This document shows positions 13,901 through 27,420 of a stretch of 64,000 bases of DNA, one piece after another (position 1 is the first letter of the stretch; every line of letters begins with the position of its first letter). Both the position numbers and the translations under genes were made by a program. This stretch comes from Paragordius varius (Eukaryota; Animalia; Nematomorpha): positions 5,890,001 through 5,954,000 of the forward strand of contig OZ176052.1 of NCBI GenBank assembly GCA_964247055.1. The letters run 5' to 3'. The notes beneath the pieces are model-generated. The model was not told the origin of the DNA. It did not search any database and saw only the letters and a program-made list of their open reading frames with translations.

Positions 13901-16900
13901 GAATTGTTGATGGTTCAAAACTAAAGAATTTGACTAAAATTGGTAAACATACATGTCTTAGTTTGGTTATAAATGAAACTGGTATACAATTAATATTGAC
14001 GAAGGGTCCACATATCCCTTTATATTTTCAGTTACATGTAATGACAGACAGTTTAATAGTCTACATTAGAGGTGTCCGAAACAAATGGTCTCGCGGGTCG
14101 CATTTTTGTCTCAAAAAATTTGACGGGCCGCAAACGAAAAATATACAAGCATTTATAAATAATTTATTATATTTCAAACATAAAGAGTGTAAAATGCAAA
14201 AAAATACAACAATTTTTCTAGTTTTTGCCAATTGGATAGATTTGCTCGAAAAATTGTTTAATAAATATAAATATGCTAATTTTTTGTGGTAATATTTTTG
14301 GAAATTATGGATTTTCAAATTTTTACACCCCTGGTCTACATATAAAATTATTTTCGTAAATTATATGATTATATTTTAAATGTCCTATTTATAACATATA
14401 TAAATGGTAAGCATACCTTGTAGATGCTTCGGATATATCTTTAAAATCATCCTCCTTTTTGGTTTTTTCATCTGTTAAATGTTTGTTTAAAATATTAATT
14501 TAGTACATATGCAAATTGTAAAATACTAATATGTTAAGCAGAATAAAATTTCGAAATAATTGACAATGAAAAATAAAATTTACATTCTTTGTTAGCGATA
14601 GTTGAATTATTTTCCTCTTCTTGGAGATAAATAAAAATGTTCTTTAAAACTTGGCATTTAATACTAGCTGAGGATGATGCATCGTTCAAAAACAGTTGAT
14701 AAAGTTCTTTGGTTTTGGTATGAGTTAAATAGCGGGTGTATTGAATACAGAAAAAACCTGTAAAATTTGTTATATATATATATATATATATATATAAATT
14801 TTAGTTTTATAAAATAATTAAGGTAATAAATCTGAAACCTAGACCGGTCAAAGCCTTTTGCTTTATAACTTCATCTTTGATCGTGACAAAATGGAAAAAT
14901 ACTTCAAAGATACATTCTGAGATTGGTATCTATATGATAAATTTAAATTAAACACAATATTTGTAACTGTTTTTGTTAATTTATTTAAATCATTTAAATA
15001 ATTTACTAAATAGGTGGTGTTTAGGAATGGTGTTTTCTTATGACCAGATTTAGAAAAAGTTTGGTCTTCAAGATTAGTGTTATTTGATTGATTTATGGAT
15101 GATGAATAATACTGATTTTCCCAAGCATGAAGCTTTTCCTGAAATTGTTTCTATATAATATTGATAAAAGATGGAAATAGGTTGTTGTATTAAAAACTTG
15201 TGTTAAAATTTTAAGAAACAGTGCGTTTCAGGCGCATGTACGTCAAATTTTGTTCATCTTATAGTAAAAAGTTTCAAATATATTTTTTAAATTAATCCAT
15301 ACTGTAAGAGATTATATATATTAAAATCAATCGATTTGAAGAAATCCAAAAAAATGGCATTTTATATATTACTCATTAAAAATATTTTGTTTTTACGATC
15401 CACTTCCATTATAAATTAATTTAACAATTAATACAAAAAATTATAATTTTCAATGTTTCATAAATTAAAAAACACATTTAAACATTTACCATATCCATTT
15501 TAATGGTGGATGAATCATCAAAATCAAAATACATGCAAAGTAACCCGACTGTGTACAAAGATCTCAGGAGTAAAGGTTTACGTGAAGAATTAAGCAAAAA
15601 TTTATCTTCATTTTCATGGCTTTCAACGGCTGTACGGTAGAGCATTCCTGTTATATATTGATCAAATACAATTAAATATTAAGAATTTTGAAGGCTATAT
15701 ATCAGGAATGTCAAACACAAATGTCGCGAACCACATTTTTGATTCAAAAAAACTGGCGAGCCGCATTCGAAATATATATTGGCATTCATTAATAGTTTAT
15801 TAGATTTCAAACGTAAGATTGTAAAATGACAACACCATAAAACAATTTTTTTCAAATTTTTGTCAATTAGGTAAACATATTAGAAAAATTTGTTTATTAC
15901 TAAGATTTTTTGAGCATAATTTAACAAATTATGTAAATTTTTCGCGGGCCGCTCGAAAGGCCGCATGTAGCCAATGGGCCGCGTGTTAAACACTCTTGAT
16001 GTAATTTATAAACTTGCCCAAAAATATTATTTTTATTTATATATTTTCGTTGAAATCAAAAATCATAAGGTACCGAAAAATCGGAGAAAACAATCCGTAA
16101 CCAAACCGTAGTTATGAGTGACAGTTTTAACTATATCGGCCAAACATGCTATACAACTTTCCAACACCTATAATTAAAATATTGCATGGAATTAAAAAAT
16201 ATGTAGAAATCAAATTTATACAGTTTAAATTCAAAATTCAACAGGCTAAATTCAATATTCCTTACCAACATTCCCTGTGTTACAATGAGTTTCATGAGAT
16301 TCTCTTCTAAATGAGACAAGAAAACTGGGCTAGGGTGTCCCATTTTCGGTATAGTTAGCTTAAATATGCGTGCAACATAATGGATAATCATATAATCACC
16401 TTGAACCTAATGTATAAAAATAGTAATATATCGTTTCAAATTAAAAATTATTTTTTTTTATAGAAAATTTAGACTTATTTGGTAGGACTTGAAATCGTTT
16501 ATTATTTTTGACCCAAATGAAAAAGTAAAAAAGCATAAATCATTAATTGTGAGCCGTGTTTTCCAACAAAAATGAATTGTCTATATATCTAAAACTAAAA
16601 GATCGACTCATTGTCGATTTTAATATTAAAAATTATTCGTACAAAAAAAATATTCGAATTTAATATATTTGGCCACACAAGTTATTGTAACTAATGTGTT
16701 CTTACATTGCATTTTTGCGCGAGATATGGTTGTAATGTGTCACAATGCTGAACTGTAAATTCGGGATCAATTTTGGTGAAAATATATAATGTACTAAGAC
16801 AAGATACTAATTTTTGACTTCGCTCTTGGGCAGATTCTAAATTTAAATTTTTTTATTAAATATGCTGGATTATAAAATTAATTATTCCATTAATTTTTAA

Positions 16901-19900
16901 CGACAAATTAAAATGAAAATATCTGGATATGACTTGTCTATTAGTAAAAACATTTGATTTAATAAAAAAACAAGATAATAAAATATAAATTTTATGCACA
17001 AATTAATTAATATATACTGTTATAAAGAAAGGGCATAAAGTAGCAAATTACTTGTTATATGCCGACAATAACAAATTTAAATAACCAAATTAAAAATATC
17101 TGTGACATATAAGCAAAAAGGACGTTTATCATTCACACCCTTTTAAAATATTCAAAAATTATATTTAACGATATTGTTCATGGGTCAAAAATTATTATAA
17201 AGGATTATTGTGAAAAAATCTACCTTTACTTTCATCAATGACCATAAGTTTATTGATTATGGCATCTACAATCTTGAATGCTGCACGCCGTGCATTGCTT
17301 GTATTAAGATCATCCATATTGCATAATAACTGTGAAATGGTTGGTAAAATATACATTATAACAATATATTTGGAAAAATATCAGTTTAATTATTTAATTT
17401 CTAAGTAAAGTGTAAATTACATTAACAAAAAGAGATTCAATGAGATCAGGTCCATGTTCCATAAAATAGTTGACCGTTTCTGTAATGTTGTTTAGTTTGC
17501 GTTCAATAACTTCCACGCTAAATTCTGGATTAAACCACATTGCAAGAAATACCTCAATAACCAATTTCTATTAGTGTACAAATGTTTTAATTATTTATTA
17601 AGAATTTATTATCAAAAAGAAAGATTATAAAATCAAATTATTGTCTATACCTTTATTCCTTCCTCATCATTTATCCGGCGTGCCAACTTACAACATATGG
17701 AAGTTATATTTAGGTAATCTGGGAAATCGGTACAAATATCACGAAGAATTCGAATGACTCTTTTACGAACACTAACACCCGTATCCTACAAAAAAATAAT
17801 ATAATTTCAATTAGGAAAAAGAAATATTTGTTACATATGTCTTTCTATAATATATAATATTTACGAAATTGATATATTATAAAAGCACCGAAAAACATTT
17901 ATATTTAACAAAATTTAACCAATATTCTTTCTGCAATCATGTTAAAGTAGTGAGGTATGAGTTCAGATCTGGCCAAAATGCATTTACCAATCAATTCGAC
18001 TGCTGCTTCGCGTACACTAGGTGATTGATCCATCAATCGTAAATGTATGGTTTGTTGTATGCTTGTCTAAAAAAATGCAGGATAAAAAAGACATAAAATA
18101 CGGTTTTCGTGAGAAAAAAATAAAAAAGTAGCGAAATAAAGACTTAATATAGTGGTAAAAAAATGGTAAAAAATACTTTTATAATAAAACCCTTATATAT
18201 GGGTAGTATATTATAAACGATTTCTTTCGAATACTTCCTTTGATGTAAAAAAACCGCCGTCAAAAATAATTTTAATTATATGCATGTAAATCTTACGTAA
18301 TAAAAACTCGTTGGAGAAATTTATTAATATTCTTTTATATTGTTAAAATGTAAAGCTAAATAAATAATTATTAGACTAACTTGAGCCAACATGCCAGGAT
18401 CAGATTCAATGATATTGGCTAAACATTTCATCGCTTTGGTTCGTATAGCTATTGCCGATTCATGTACAACTTTCATAATCTAAATTCAAAAATTAAAAAA
18501 AATCTTTATAACAAATTCCAAAACTTTGGACATAAACTAAAACAAATGAGAAAAAAACCTGAATAAGGTATATGTCATAATTTTTGCAAAATGTGCGTTT
18601 TGATGTTAGATAACGGGATACAAAACTAGCTTGTTCTTGATCAATATGGAAACTGTCAAAAAAATTATTAAATTTTGATAATTACACATATATTTTCGAA
18701 TTTTTATTAATAAAATTTACTTTTTGGAATCCTTGAAGCTAGATGCAGTCGTGGCTGGTGAGGGATATGTGTTATATGGTGTATTAGCTGTTTGAGAACC
18801 ACCCATTATTTGATCACCATACTGTTGATGTGCGGCATTATTGTAATCATTTGTGTTAGTCTCTAACTTTACATTAATTTGCGCATTGTTTTCTATTAAA
18901 GTTGAAACTACAACGATTTCGCTTCTAACCTCTTCCTTAATAAGGGCCGGGGCAAATGGTGATAAAACATTAAAAGGTTGATTAAATTTTTCATAATTTT
19001 TATAATGATCTTTGGTGGGCGAAAAAGTTGAAAAACTATTATTTAACCCATTATATTGTGATGAAAAATTAGAGTCACCAGCATTGGATACGAATGAGAT
19101 TAAAAATCGTTTATGATAATCCATAAATTCTATGCTAGATTCATCAAGAGTATTCCATTCAGTAATAGGATCTAGATAATAATTTGGATATTATATATAT
19201 ATATATATATTTAAAGAAACATTCATTCAGTAAACATATAATTAGAACTTGTTAACTTAATTAAAATCTCATATTTTACCATCTTAATAATATAGGTTAC
19301 AATATGGATTAAAGCAGGGGTAACCAATATGCGGTCTTCTGAGACTTTCTGTGAGGCCCGCAAAAAATTTGAAATCCATAATTTTTAAAAACATGTTCAC
19401 AAAATTATGGTAATAAAACATTTGATAATTTTATATGTCAACGAGAAAAATTATTACATTCCGTTTTCTATTTGAAGTCTTATGTTTGATCTAATAAAAT
19501 GTTTATAAATACCCATATATACTTCGAATGCGGCCCGCCGTATTTTTCGAGCTATATATTAGGCCCGCAAAGCCATTTGTGTTCGACACCCCTGGTTTAA
19601 AGTAAATATAATTGGCTCTTAATGACAAATATTTTAAATGGTTCAAAATGATAAACTTGTTTCAGCCCTTTTATACTAAATTTTACTGTAATATTTGCAT
19701 AGAGTAATACCTATATTAGGTGAGGTTTCCCCTCCGTCATTTGTCAATCCATTTTGTCTTTTTTCTATAAATATTTTTAAGGATAAAAATATATACCTTT
19801 CTTTTTCTTCTTCTTCTTTTTGGGGCGAAATGGTTGAAATGGTTCATTCGATTTTTGCCTTGTAAATATAAAGTATATGAAAATACTGGCGTTAACGCGA

Positions 19901-22900
19901 AATATGCTATTTTATGATATTTTTATTTTAAAGCGCATCAATGCCAAAATTTTCAGTTAAAATGCGAAATTATATCAATGCTAATATAATAAAATATTTT
20001 AATTTTAAAAATTCAAATAAAAAATGTGTTTTGCATGAAATATACCTTGGATCATATGTTTTATCTGTTGCATCTTCGGCTCCGCTATTCTCGCTCTCAT
20101 ATGAACCATTCATACTGTCATCAGATTGGCTAAAACACATTAATCATAAAAATGTTGACTATCAATATTTATTCTTAAGCTTTTAACTTAATGACCATAA
20201 AATATTCATAATTAAGATGTCAAAAAGAGATTTAAAAGTATGCAATATCCCAACGAATGATCTAAGTTAAATATTCAAAGGATAATGTATTTGTTAGGTT
20301 TTTGACTGTTCAAAAAATAATACCGGTTTGCCGCTTATAAATGCAGTCAGTTATGGCCATGTACAGGCAATATCAATGTTGTTATTAAACCAAACAAAAT
20401 TAACTATGTTTAAATATCTAAATATACATTTATATATTTAATTAGTATACATTATATTGGTTTTTCACCAGTAATTTTAATTAATTTTTTATCATTTTTT
20501 ATCTAAACTTCACGTAATCAACATATGTGTGAAGGAACATTTTTGACAAATTATTTTTATTAACGTCATAGTCATAAATTAATAACCGACTCAACCCTGA
20601 TTAAGTTTTAACAAATAATATAAATACTTATTTTCAATTGAATTGACATTCGATTCAATATTATTGGTGGTTAAAACAGGTGTTTTTGATTCAGTGTTAA
20701 GAGATGTATTAGTGGTAGTTACAGCCTTATTTGCTTTCAGCAATATATCACAATACCATTGAATTATGATGAATTTGCGTGCAAACTATTTAATTAAACA
20801 ATATAATTTATAATGATAGGTATAAAACAAATTATATATATTGTAATAAATTTCTAAAACTCATGAAAAAACGATTTTCAATGATTTTCTTTAAAAATAA
20901 TGTGTATATCACCTTTATAAAAGGATCAGTTAAACTATGTTCCTTGAGATAATTTAGCAAAAGTCTCTGAAGTTGTAACGTTTCGGGTTCCTTTTTCAAA
21001 TGCTAAAAAATAAATTACATATAAATATATTTTTTAAAACAGTAGAACAGTATGAATAAGTTGCCAAATAGTATATAGAGCAATGTGCAATATTATTGAG
21101 TTAAAATTATTTTCCCCTTTTTACTGCTATTTGCCAATAATAAGGCTCTTGGCTGTTTATGCTATATACGGCAATCCTTAAAACACTCTGGCATATATAC
21201 TAGTACGGTACATAAAAATAACAATAAAATGTTCATTTTTGACATTTGAAAAAAATATTTTTGATATATTTTACCTGATATTCTGGTACTTCGTCATATA
21301 GGGCTTGTATCTAAAAATAATAAAAAAATAATTTATTATCAAAACACTTATAAATATTTACTAACAAAAACTCAATAAAATTAATAGGATTATTTAGGCA
21401 AAACATCTACTTGATTAAAAATTTCCGTTAATATAGGATGATTAATTCTATCATTTTCATCATCCTTTGCCGTGTTGGTGAAATTGAAAGAATCTTTGCG
21501 CAATTTAGACGTTATTTTCCCAAGATACTCTAGAGAGGCCAATCTCAAAGCTATTTCCACTTTGCGATCACTAAAATTTTGTACCTAAAAACAATATGCG
21601 TTCAATTATTTATATATGTCTCAAAAATGTTAACAAAGTATTCACATTTGTAATGCATTTAAAAATGGTAATTTAGAGTTTTTAGAAAATAAAACTATAA
21701 AAATATTATAATGATTTATTATAAAAATACCATAAAATCGAATTGGACAAATTGAAATAATGATTTGAGGAAATAAAATATTTCAAAATTTATTACCAAA
21801 ATACGTCCCAAAATAGTTAAAAGTAATTCAGACGCTGGCCATTCAGGTTTGCTTACTGTCGTTAACAAATCATCCACAAAATGGTCAAACAAAGTTCTAA
21901 AATCTTCTTCGCATGATTTGGTACTGCATCTATTTTTAAATATTTTTTTAAGGTCGTCTTTAATAAATTTTCATATTGTAATATTTAAACCAAAATCTAA
22001 TTAAAATATTCCAATATAGTTTATAATTTAAGCTCGTGATAGAAATCGTCTATAATATGGATTACAACAGATATAATATAAAAAATATTGTTCAACATAC
22101 TTTTTCAAAAATACTGCGAGAAATGTATGGGCAGTTTTGGCCGAATTTTCATAGGAATTCAAGGTTAATACGTCGAAATCTGGTGTATTCTAAAAATAAA
22201 AATCCAATTTTGAATTTAATCTATATCAATAATTTCATTATAAATTAAAGAAATTTACCAGTTGATTGGTGCTTGAACTGGTAAACAAATCAAGTGGGGG
22301 AAAATCAACAATGCAATGAATAAGTTGCAGCACTAATGCACTAACCATTTGTATCGATTCATCGGATGAAACTCTAAAAAAATATAAATTTATTTATTAA
22401 TAAATAATACAAAAGATGAAAAAAATTTATTATAGCCTTTACAATCAAAATTTGGATTATATGAGATATTTAAAAAAATTGATGGAAAATATATTATCGC
22501 CTTACTTTTTTTATTAAAAAAATATATAATTAATGTGCTTACTTGTAGGAACGCAAATTACGTTTACTGACAGGTAATCGAGCAAGGGATGAAAGAATAT
22601 CCTCCAAAATTAATTGCCGATGTTTTTCATATTTTGAAAAAATCTAACCAATAGTTATATAATAATAGGTAACAATGTTTATAAATATAAGTTGTCAGTT
22701 TCAATCAATTTTCTAATTTTTACCAAATTATCTGGAAATTTGGATTGATTTAATAATGTCATAATAAAGTATTAAAAAGAAAACAAAAAATTTAAAAAAT
22801 ATACCGTTGTTATAAGCTTAAGAGCACTCAACTGGAGATCATTGATATTTTCTACGAAGAAAGGAGCAGTACCAAGAGACGAAATCTGGTTATATATTAT

Positions 22901-25900
22901 AAACAATTTACGTAAATAATTTAACAAAATAAAATTATTTTAAAAATATATGGACTAAAAATTGGAATCAGAGACAAAAAATTAATTAATACATACCAAT
23001 ATGACTGAGGAATCGGTTAGAGTTTGCAAATTGACTAATTGCCCCAATAAATTCATAATTTCCGTAATTTTGGTGTAGAGAGAAATACAAATTTTGCTTT
23101 CAACTTGGTGTGCTTTGTGTCTTTTCGATTTTATGTGATAATCTAAAAAGATATAAATAATTTGGCAATTAATTTGTGTGTTAATAAGTTAATATAAATA
23201 CAAAAAAATAAATTGTTAAAAATATTATTATTTTTGGTTAACCTTTTGTTTTATTAATTTTGTAGACTGGATCAAATTCAGGATATATTGTATTGACTAA
23301 TTGAAATTTGACGAATTGAATCACAGATTCAATAATATCCTCCATATAAAGCTAAAAAATTATTTATAGCAAATAATAATATTTTGTGTTTGAAGTCTGA
23401 ATTTGATAATCAATAGCCCACAAGTATTTAACAACGTTGGGCATTTTATAAAAGTATTTCCAAAAGATATATATTCATTAATCTACTTTTTTGGGGATAT
23501 TTGTCGAAGTTAGGATGTAAAGTGAAGTTAAACAGCAGTTTACGCTTCGAAAAATGCGTTCCCAGGCTTGTTCCTCCCCAAACTTTGACTTTTCTTCGGA
23601 AGGCGTATTCTATATTTACGATTTACATTACAGTAATTACCCATTTATTATAATTAAAATTAAATAACATACATGATGTAAGGGTATAATCTTGAGTCCA
23701 TCTTTTATATTTATCAAGAATATGTTGAATAGTTTGATAATTTTATCGGCATTAACCTATTGGAAATAAAGCATGATTATATATATATATATTTCAAAAA
23801 TGGTTAAATTTTTTGATTAATTATATACCATTCCTGTATATTGTAATGCCTTCATTTTGGCTGCCTCTAAACTCAAGGCATTATGTAATGTTTTTGGAAC
23901 TAAACTTTCTATCGGTATTTCAACATCCTCCTCTAAATCTAATACAATATTTATAATTTTTATAAAAAATATAAAAGTTGTTTATACATATATATGCTGA
24001 ATTTTTCATTAGAAAACAATCAGATAATGATTAAAATTGAATGGCTATGCTAGATCACAATTGTATAAATGATTTAATTAAATAATACTTTTATGCATTA
24101 ATAAAGATGGAAGATCGGATTCCTCAGAATGTTCAATAACTTTATCTACCAAAAGATCAAATTTGGAAAACAATGGTGATTCCATAATTTCTATTTAAAT
24201 AAAAATATATAATCAAAACCAAAAGAGTTTAAACTATATAAATGGGAGTAACTACCAGATTTAGTCAAGGTATCTTTGTATAATTGCATTTTTTTGCTTG
24301 TCTTTTTGGAATCTAAATTAATTAAATATTGAAATAATTGTTGAATGGTTAAAAAAATATTTCATGTAAAATCGTTATTATATTAATGTTTTATGATAAA
24401 ATATAACAATTGAAATTTATTATGAAAAATTAATACTCTACCCTAATCTCATATGTACAATATTAATCAAAACCGTTTATTTTAAAAAATAAAAACACTT
24501 CGGCACAATCATGAGAGAATCGTTAAACTTTAACTGACGCAACACTATGATTATTATAGAATATGTATTTTAATTCAGCATTTTGGTCGATCGAAATGGG
24601 ATTAAATAATCTACCAGAACCGCCAAGACCTCTTATTTCAGACCGTTTTGGATCCAAATTCAAACAGTTAAAAATATTTTTGTAAAATTTAATCAATCCA
24701 ATTTTTTTAATTTATTAATTAATTTTTTTTTCATCTTTCCGAAAGGGGTAGGATAAAAGTTTGGGGTAATATTGTTTTATGGCGATATTTATAATAAATA
24801 GTATTAATTCATAATTTAACCAAAAAAGGATGGGATCGAAACTATAAAAAAATCGCCAAATAAAATAATTCAGAACCGAAAATATTCGTAAAAAACACTA
24901 GAAACAAAAAACAGTAAAAAGGGTTCTGTAAACCCGAATCACAATATATAAACGTTCCAGTTCCGATCCCTTCTTTAATAAAAATTCAATATGTATAAAA
25001 AATATTATATGTATGTCAAATATTTAATCCAAATTTTTGGAATTGACTTTATAAGGCAAAATTGATAAATTTTATTTAAAACATCAATGTTCCGGTTACT
25101 TATCATTCATATAAACAAAATTTAAAAGTAAAATTATACCACTTTCAACTGTAGTTACGGATGGTATTGACTTTATGTCGGACAGTGTATCCGAATTGTC
25201 AGATTCAATTACAATTTTCTTCCGGTGTTTCTTGAAATCCACATAGTTCTCTTCGTCACTGTAACCTTCATACTGTTGATTTAATCGTTGTTTATCTGTA
25301 ATTGAGTTAACAGTTGCTTTTCTAATATTTTCAAGGTAGGATTTTTTCCCAATTTTTTTAGTGTCAATTATTATATCTGTTGATTTTTTCATTTTTCTGG
25401 TTTTTGTGATAGTTTTAGCTTTGCTTGCATTCTTTCTGCCCGTTTCGGCCACATAACTTTCGTCACTGGAATGATCCTCTTCTTCATATGATGAATGTTC
25501 ATCTTTTACCACCACTTTGGTTTCTTCATCATGATCGCTACACTCTTCCTTATATGATTTATCATCTGGAGTTTCAGCAGTAATTTCGCGTTTATGCGAG
25601 AATGTTTTAGTTTTTATTCCCATAGATTCTTTTGTTATGGATGTTTTACACTGTCAATTGGATATACATATAATTTTAATAATATATAACATAATCATGT
25701 ATCATATTTTTACCCTAGGAATCAAATTAAGTGAGGAATATGCAGAAATTAATAAAAAATTTGCATGTAAATTATTTTCAAAATTTATTTAAGAAATAAA
25801 AATATGTTGTTATATCAATATTTTTGACCTTTTTAGATATTAGATTCTCTAAATGGTTATCGGTATTATCATCTTCTGAGGAAATTTCACCGTTAACATA

Positions 25901-26501
25901 CGTATTGGGACGCTTTTTCTTTTTTCTAAAATCTATATGATTTTCATCTAAAATTTATTAAAAAATTAACTTGGTTGAAAAGACGACGCATTATAAGCTA
26001 TAAGATAATGTTTATCATCTAAAATTATCGTATATAGATACTTAAAGGGACATCATTTAAACAACTTGAGCTAAAAGTATTTATCGTATTTAGCAAAAGG
26101 CAAGAGTCATCTAATGGGACAAAATTGGTTGAAGATCTTTGACCGTATAATTTATGAATTAAAGGATTACTAAAGTATATTTATGAAAAAAAATACAATT
26201 CGTCGAGCGAAGTTGATTTGAGAGCTGAAGTAACGGATTGAGCAAGCAGACGATTTTTTATTTTTAATGTATCGTCTGATTGATCCAAGTGTAATAACTC
26301 ATATGATTTTTCAACATTTTCTTTTTTTAAGTCTTCCAAAATATCTATGTGCATTGTTAAGCTAGTATCTTTGGATGTTCCCACCAACGACAATTGGGAC
26401 AATACTGTAATAATTTAAGTATAAAAATATCGCTTACCATCGTATAAATTATTATAAAGACCAGCAAAATTTAAATGTGGAACGTAGTTTTCTTCGTCCA
26501 T
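7936..26501 (-). CDS. NIPBL: Nipped-B-like protein / Scc2 cohesin loader, multi-exon (about 40+ exons)
   Basis: Exons translate to NIPBL hallmarks: start MDEENYVPHLNFAGLYNNLYD (26501-26438; cf. VPITTLAGIASLTD), FARKFIIIQWY, RYLTSKRTFCKNYDIYLIQ, ESAIAIRTKAMKCL, DTGVSVRKRVIRILRDIC...RRINDEEGIK, SSAVVQTYLK...QGLIYPVQCIPYLIAMSTD, LYTLLRNSKSQRRFFIDSLLKLFDE, LLYMADNLAYFPYQIQEEPLF, KQYLE/FKEMMLKLDP. GT-AG boundaries with matching phases were checked for exon 1/2 and the last four exons (10062-9939, 9515-9460, 9375-9054, 8837-7936). Confidence 0.96.
14067..14333. mobile_element. Non-autonomous hAT (Charlie/Buster-type) MITE in a NIPBL intron
   Basis: Ends tagaggtgtccgaaac ... tttacacccctg, internal gcgggtcgc/gggccgc motifs, perfect 8-bp TSD gtctacat (14059-14066 and 14334-14341). 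Confidence 0.85.
15703..15998. mobile_element. Degenerate hAT MITE, related to the 28647-28930 element
   Basis: Ends caggaatgtcaaacac ... gtgttaaacactcttg; internal gcgagccgcatt and cgcgggccgc motifs. TSD not conserved. Confidence 0.6.
19315..19594. mobile_element. Non-autonomous hAT (Charlie-type) MITE in a NIPBL intron
   Basis: Ends caggggtaaccaa ... ttcgacacccctg; repeated ggcccgc motifs; 8-bp TSD gattaaag/gtttaaag with one mismatch. Confidence 0.8.
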
Positions 26502-26634
26502 CTCAAAAGACTGCTAGGTATCAAGTGAATTAAATTTAAAAATTTTAATAGTGTTTTTTTCGCATTGAGAGATCATATGGATTTTATGAAAAAATCCGCA
26601 CTCATCCACTAAAAAACTATGGTTTTTTAATTTT
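26502..26634. promoter_or_regulatory. Candidate bidirectional promoter / shared 5' region of NIPBL and NUDT8
   Basis: Only 133 bp separate the divergent start codons (26501 on minus, 26635 on plus). Inferred from geometry only. Confidence 0.45.
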
Positions 26635-27420
26635 ATGATAATTACGCGATTTAAACATTTTTTACCTGAAAATTTATTTTCGCCTTTGAATAAACAAAAA
26701 ATTCTGAAATATTCTGACTTAGATCATAATTGGACGTATAATAACGATAAATTTTTGAAAACAAAGCAAGCTGCAGTACTTGTACCATTGTGCGTGAGCA
26801 ATTTTACCCACAATAATCACCCTATCGTTCAAGATGACAGCTGTATATTATTTATTAAACGTACTAGATATTTAACAAGAAACAGTGGGGATATAAGTTT
26901 TCCAGGAGGAATTTTCGAATTGGATAAAGATTCGGATTTAAAGGATACTGCCTTACGGGAAACGCACGAAGAAATTGGATTATCCCCTAAACACATTGAT
27001 ATATGGTGTTCGCTAAAGGATTTCCCTAGTCGTGATCTAAAAACAATAATTAAACCATATATTGGTTTTATAAAGGAAAAGCCCATTAATTTATCACAAT
27101 TAATACTTTCGACACATGAAGTAGATAATATACTTTGTGTGCCAATTAGGAAATTGGCAGACATAAAAAATATTGCTCATACTCAATACCATATTCCTGG
27201 TCAAAAAAATTATTCTTTACCCATCTTTTATATAGATCACAATCCACTTCATATTTCAAACAACAATGTTAATGATTGGGATAAAGCGATATATCATTAC
27301 GGAGACGTTAAAATATGGGGCCTTACTGCAATCATTTTACATCACGTACTAAAATTATTATTGACGAGTCAATACAATTATAATTTACCGTTTGTACAAT
27401 ATAATTTAAAAAATATGTAA
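26635..27420 (+). CDS. NUDT8: Nudix hydrolase 8-like (CoA pyrophosphatase subfamily), single exon, 261 aa
   Basis: AAVLVPLC, ILFIKRTRYLTRNSGDISFPGG (CoAse upstream motif), Nudix box GG...TALRETHEEIGL, C-terminal IWGLTAIILH; uninterrupted ORF. Confidence 0.88.
   Translation: MIITRFKHFLPENLFSPLNKQKILKYSDLDHNWTYNNDKFLKTKQAAVLVPLCVSNFTHNNHPIVQDDSCILFIKRTRYLTRNSGDISFPGGIFELDKDSDLKDTALRETHEEIGLSPKHIDIWCSLKDFPSRDLKTIIKPYIGFIKEKPINLSQLILSTHEVDNILCVPIRKLADIKNIAHTQYHIPGQKNYSLPIFYIDHNPLHISNNNVNDWDKAIYHYGDVKIWGLTAIILHHVLKLLLTSQYNYNLPFVQYNLKNM

Noticed and set aside
13786-14292. 168-aa plus-strand ORF
   Set aside because: Antisense within a NIPBL intron and runs through the 14067-14333 MITE; no recognisable motif.
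26829-27164. 111-aa minus-strand ORF
   Set aside because: Antisense shadow of the NUDT8 CDS.
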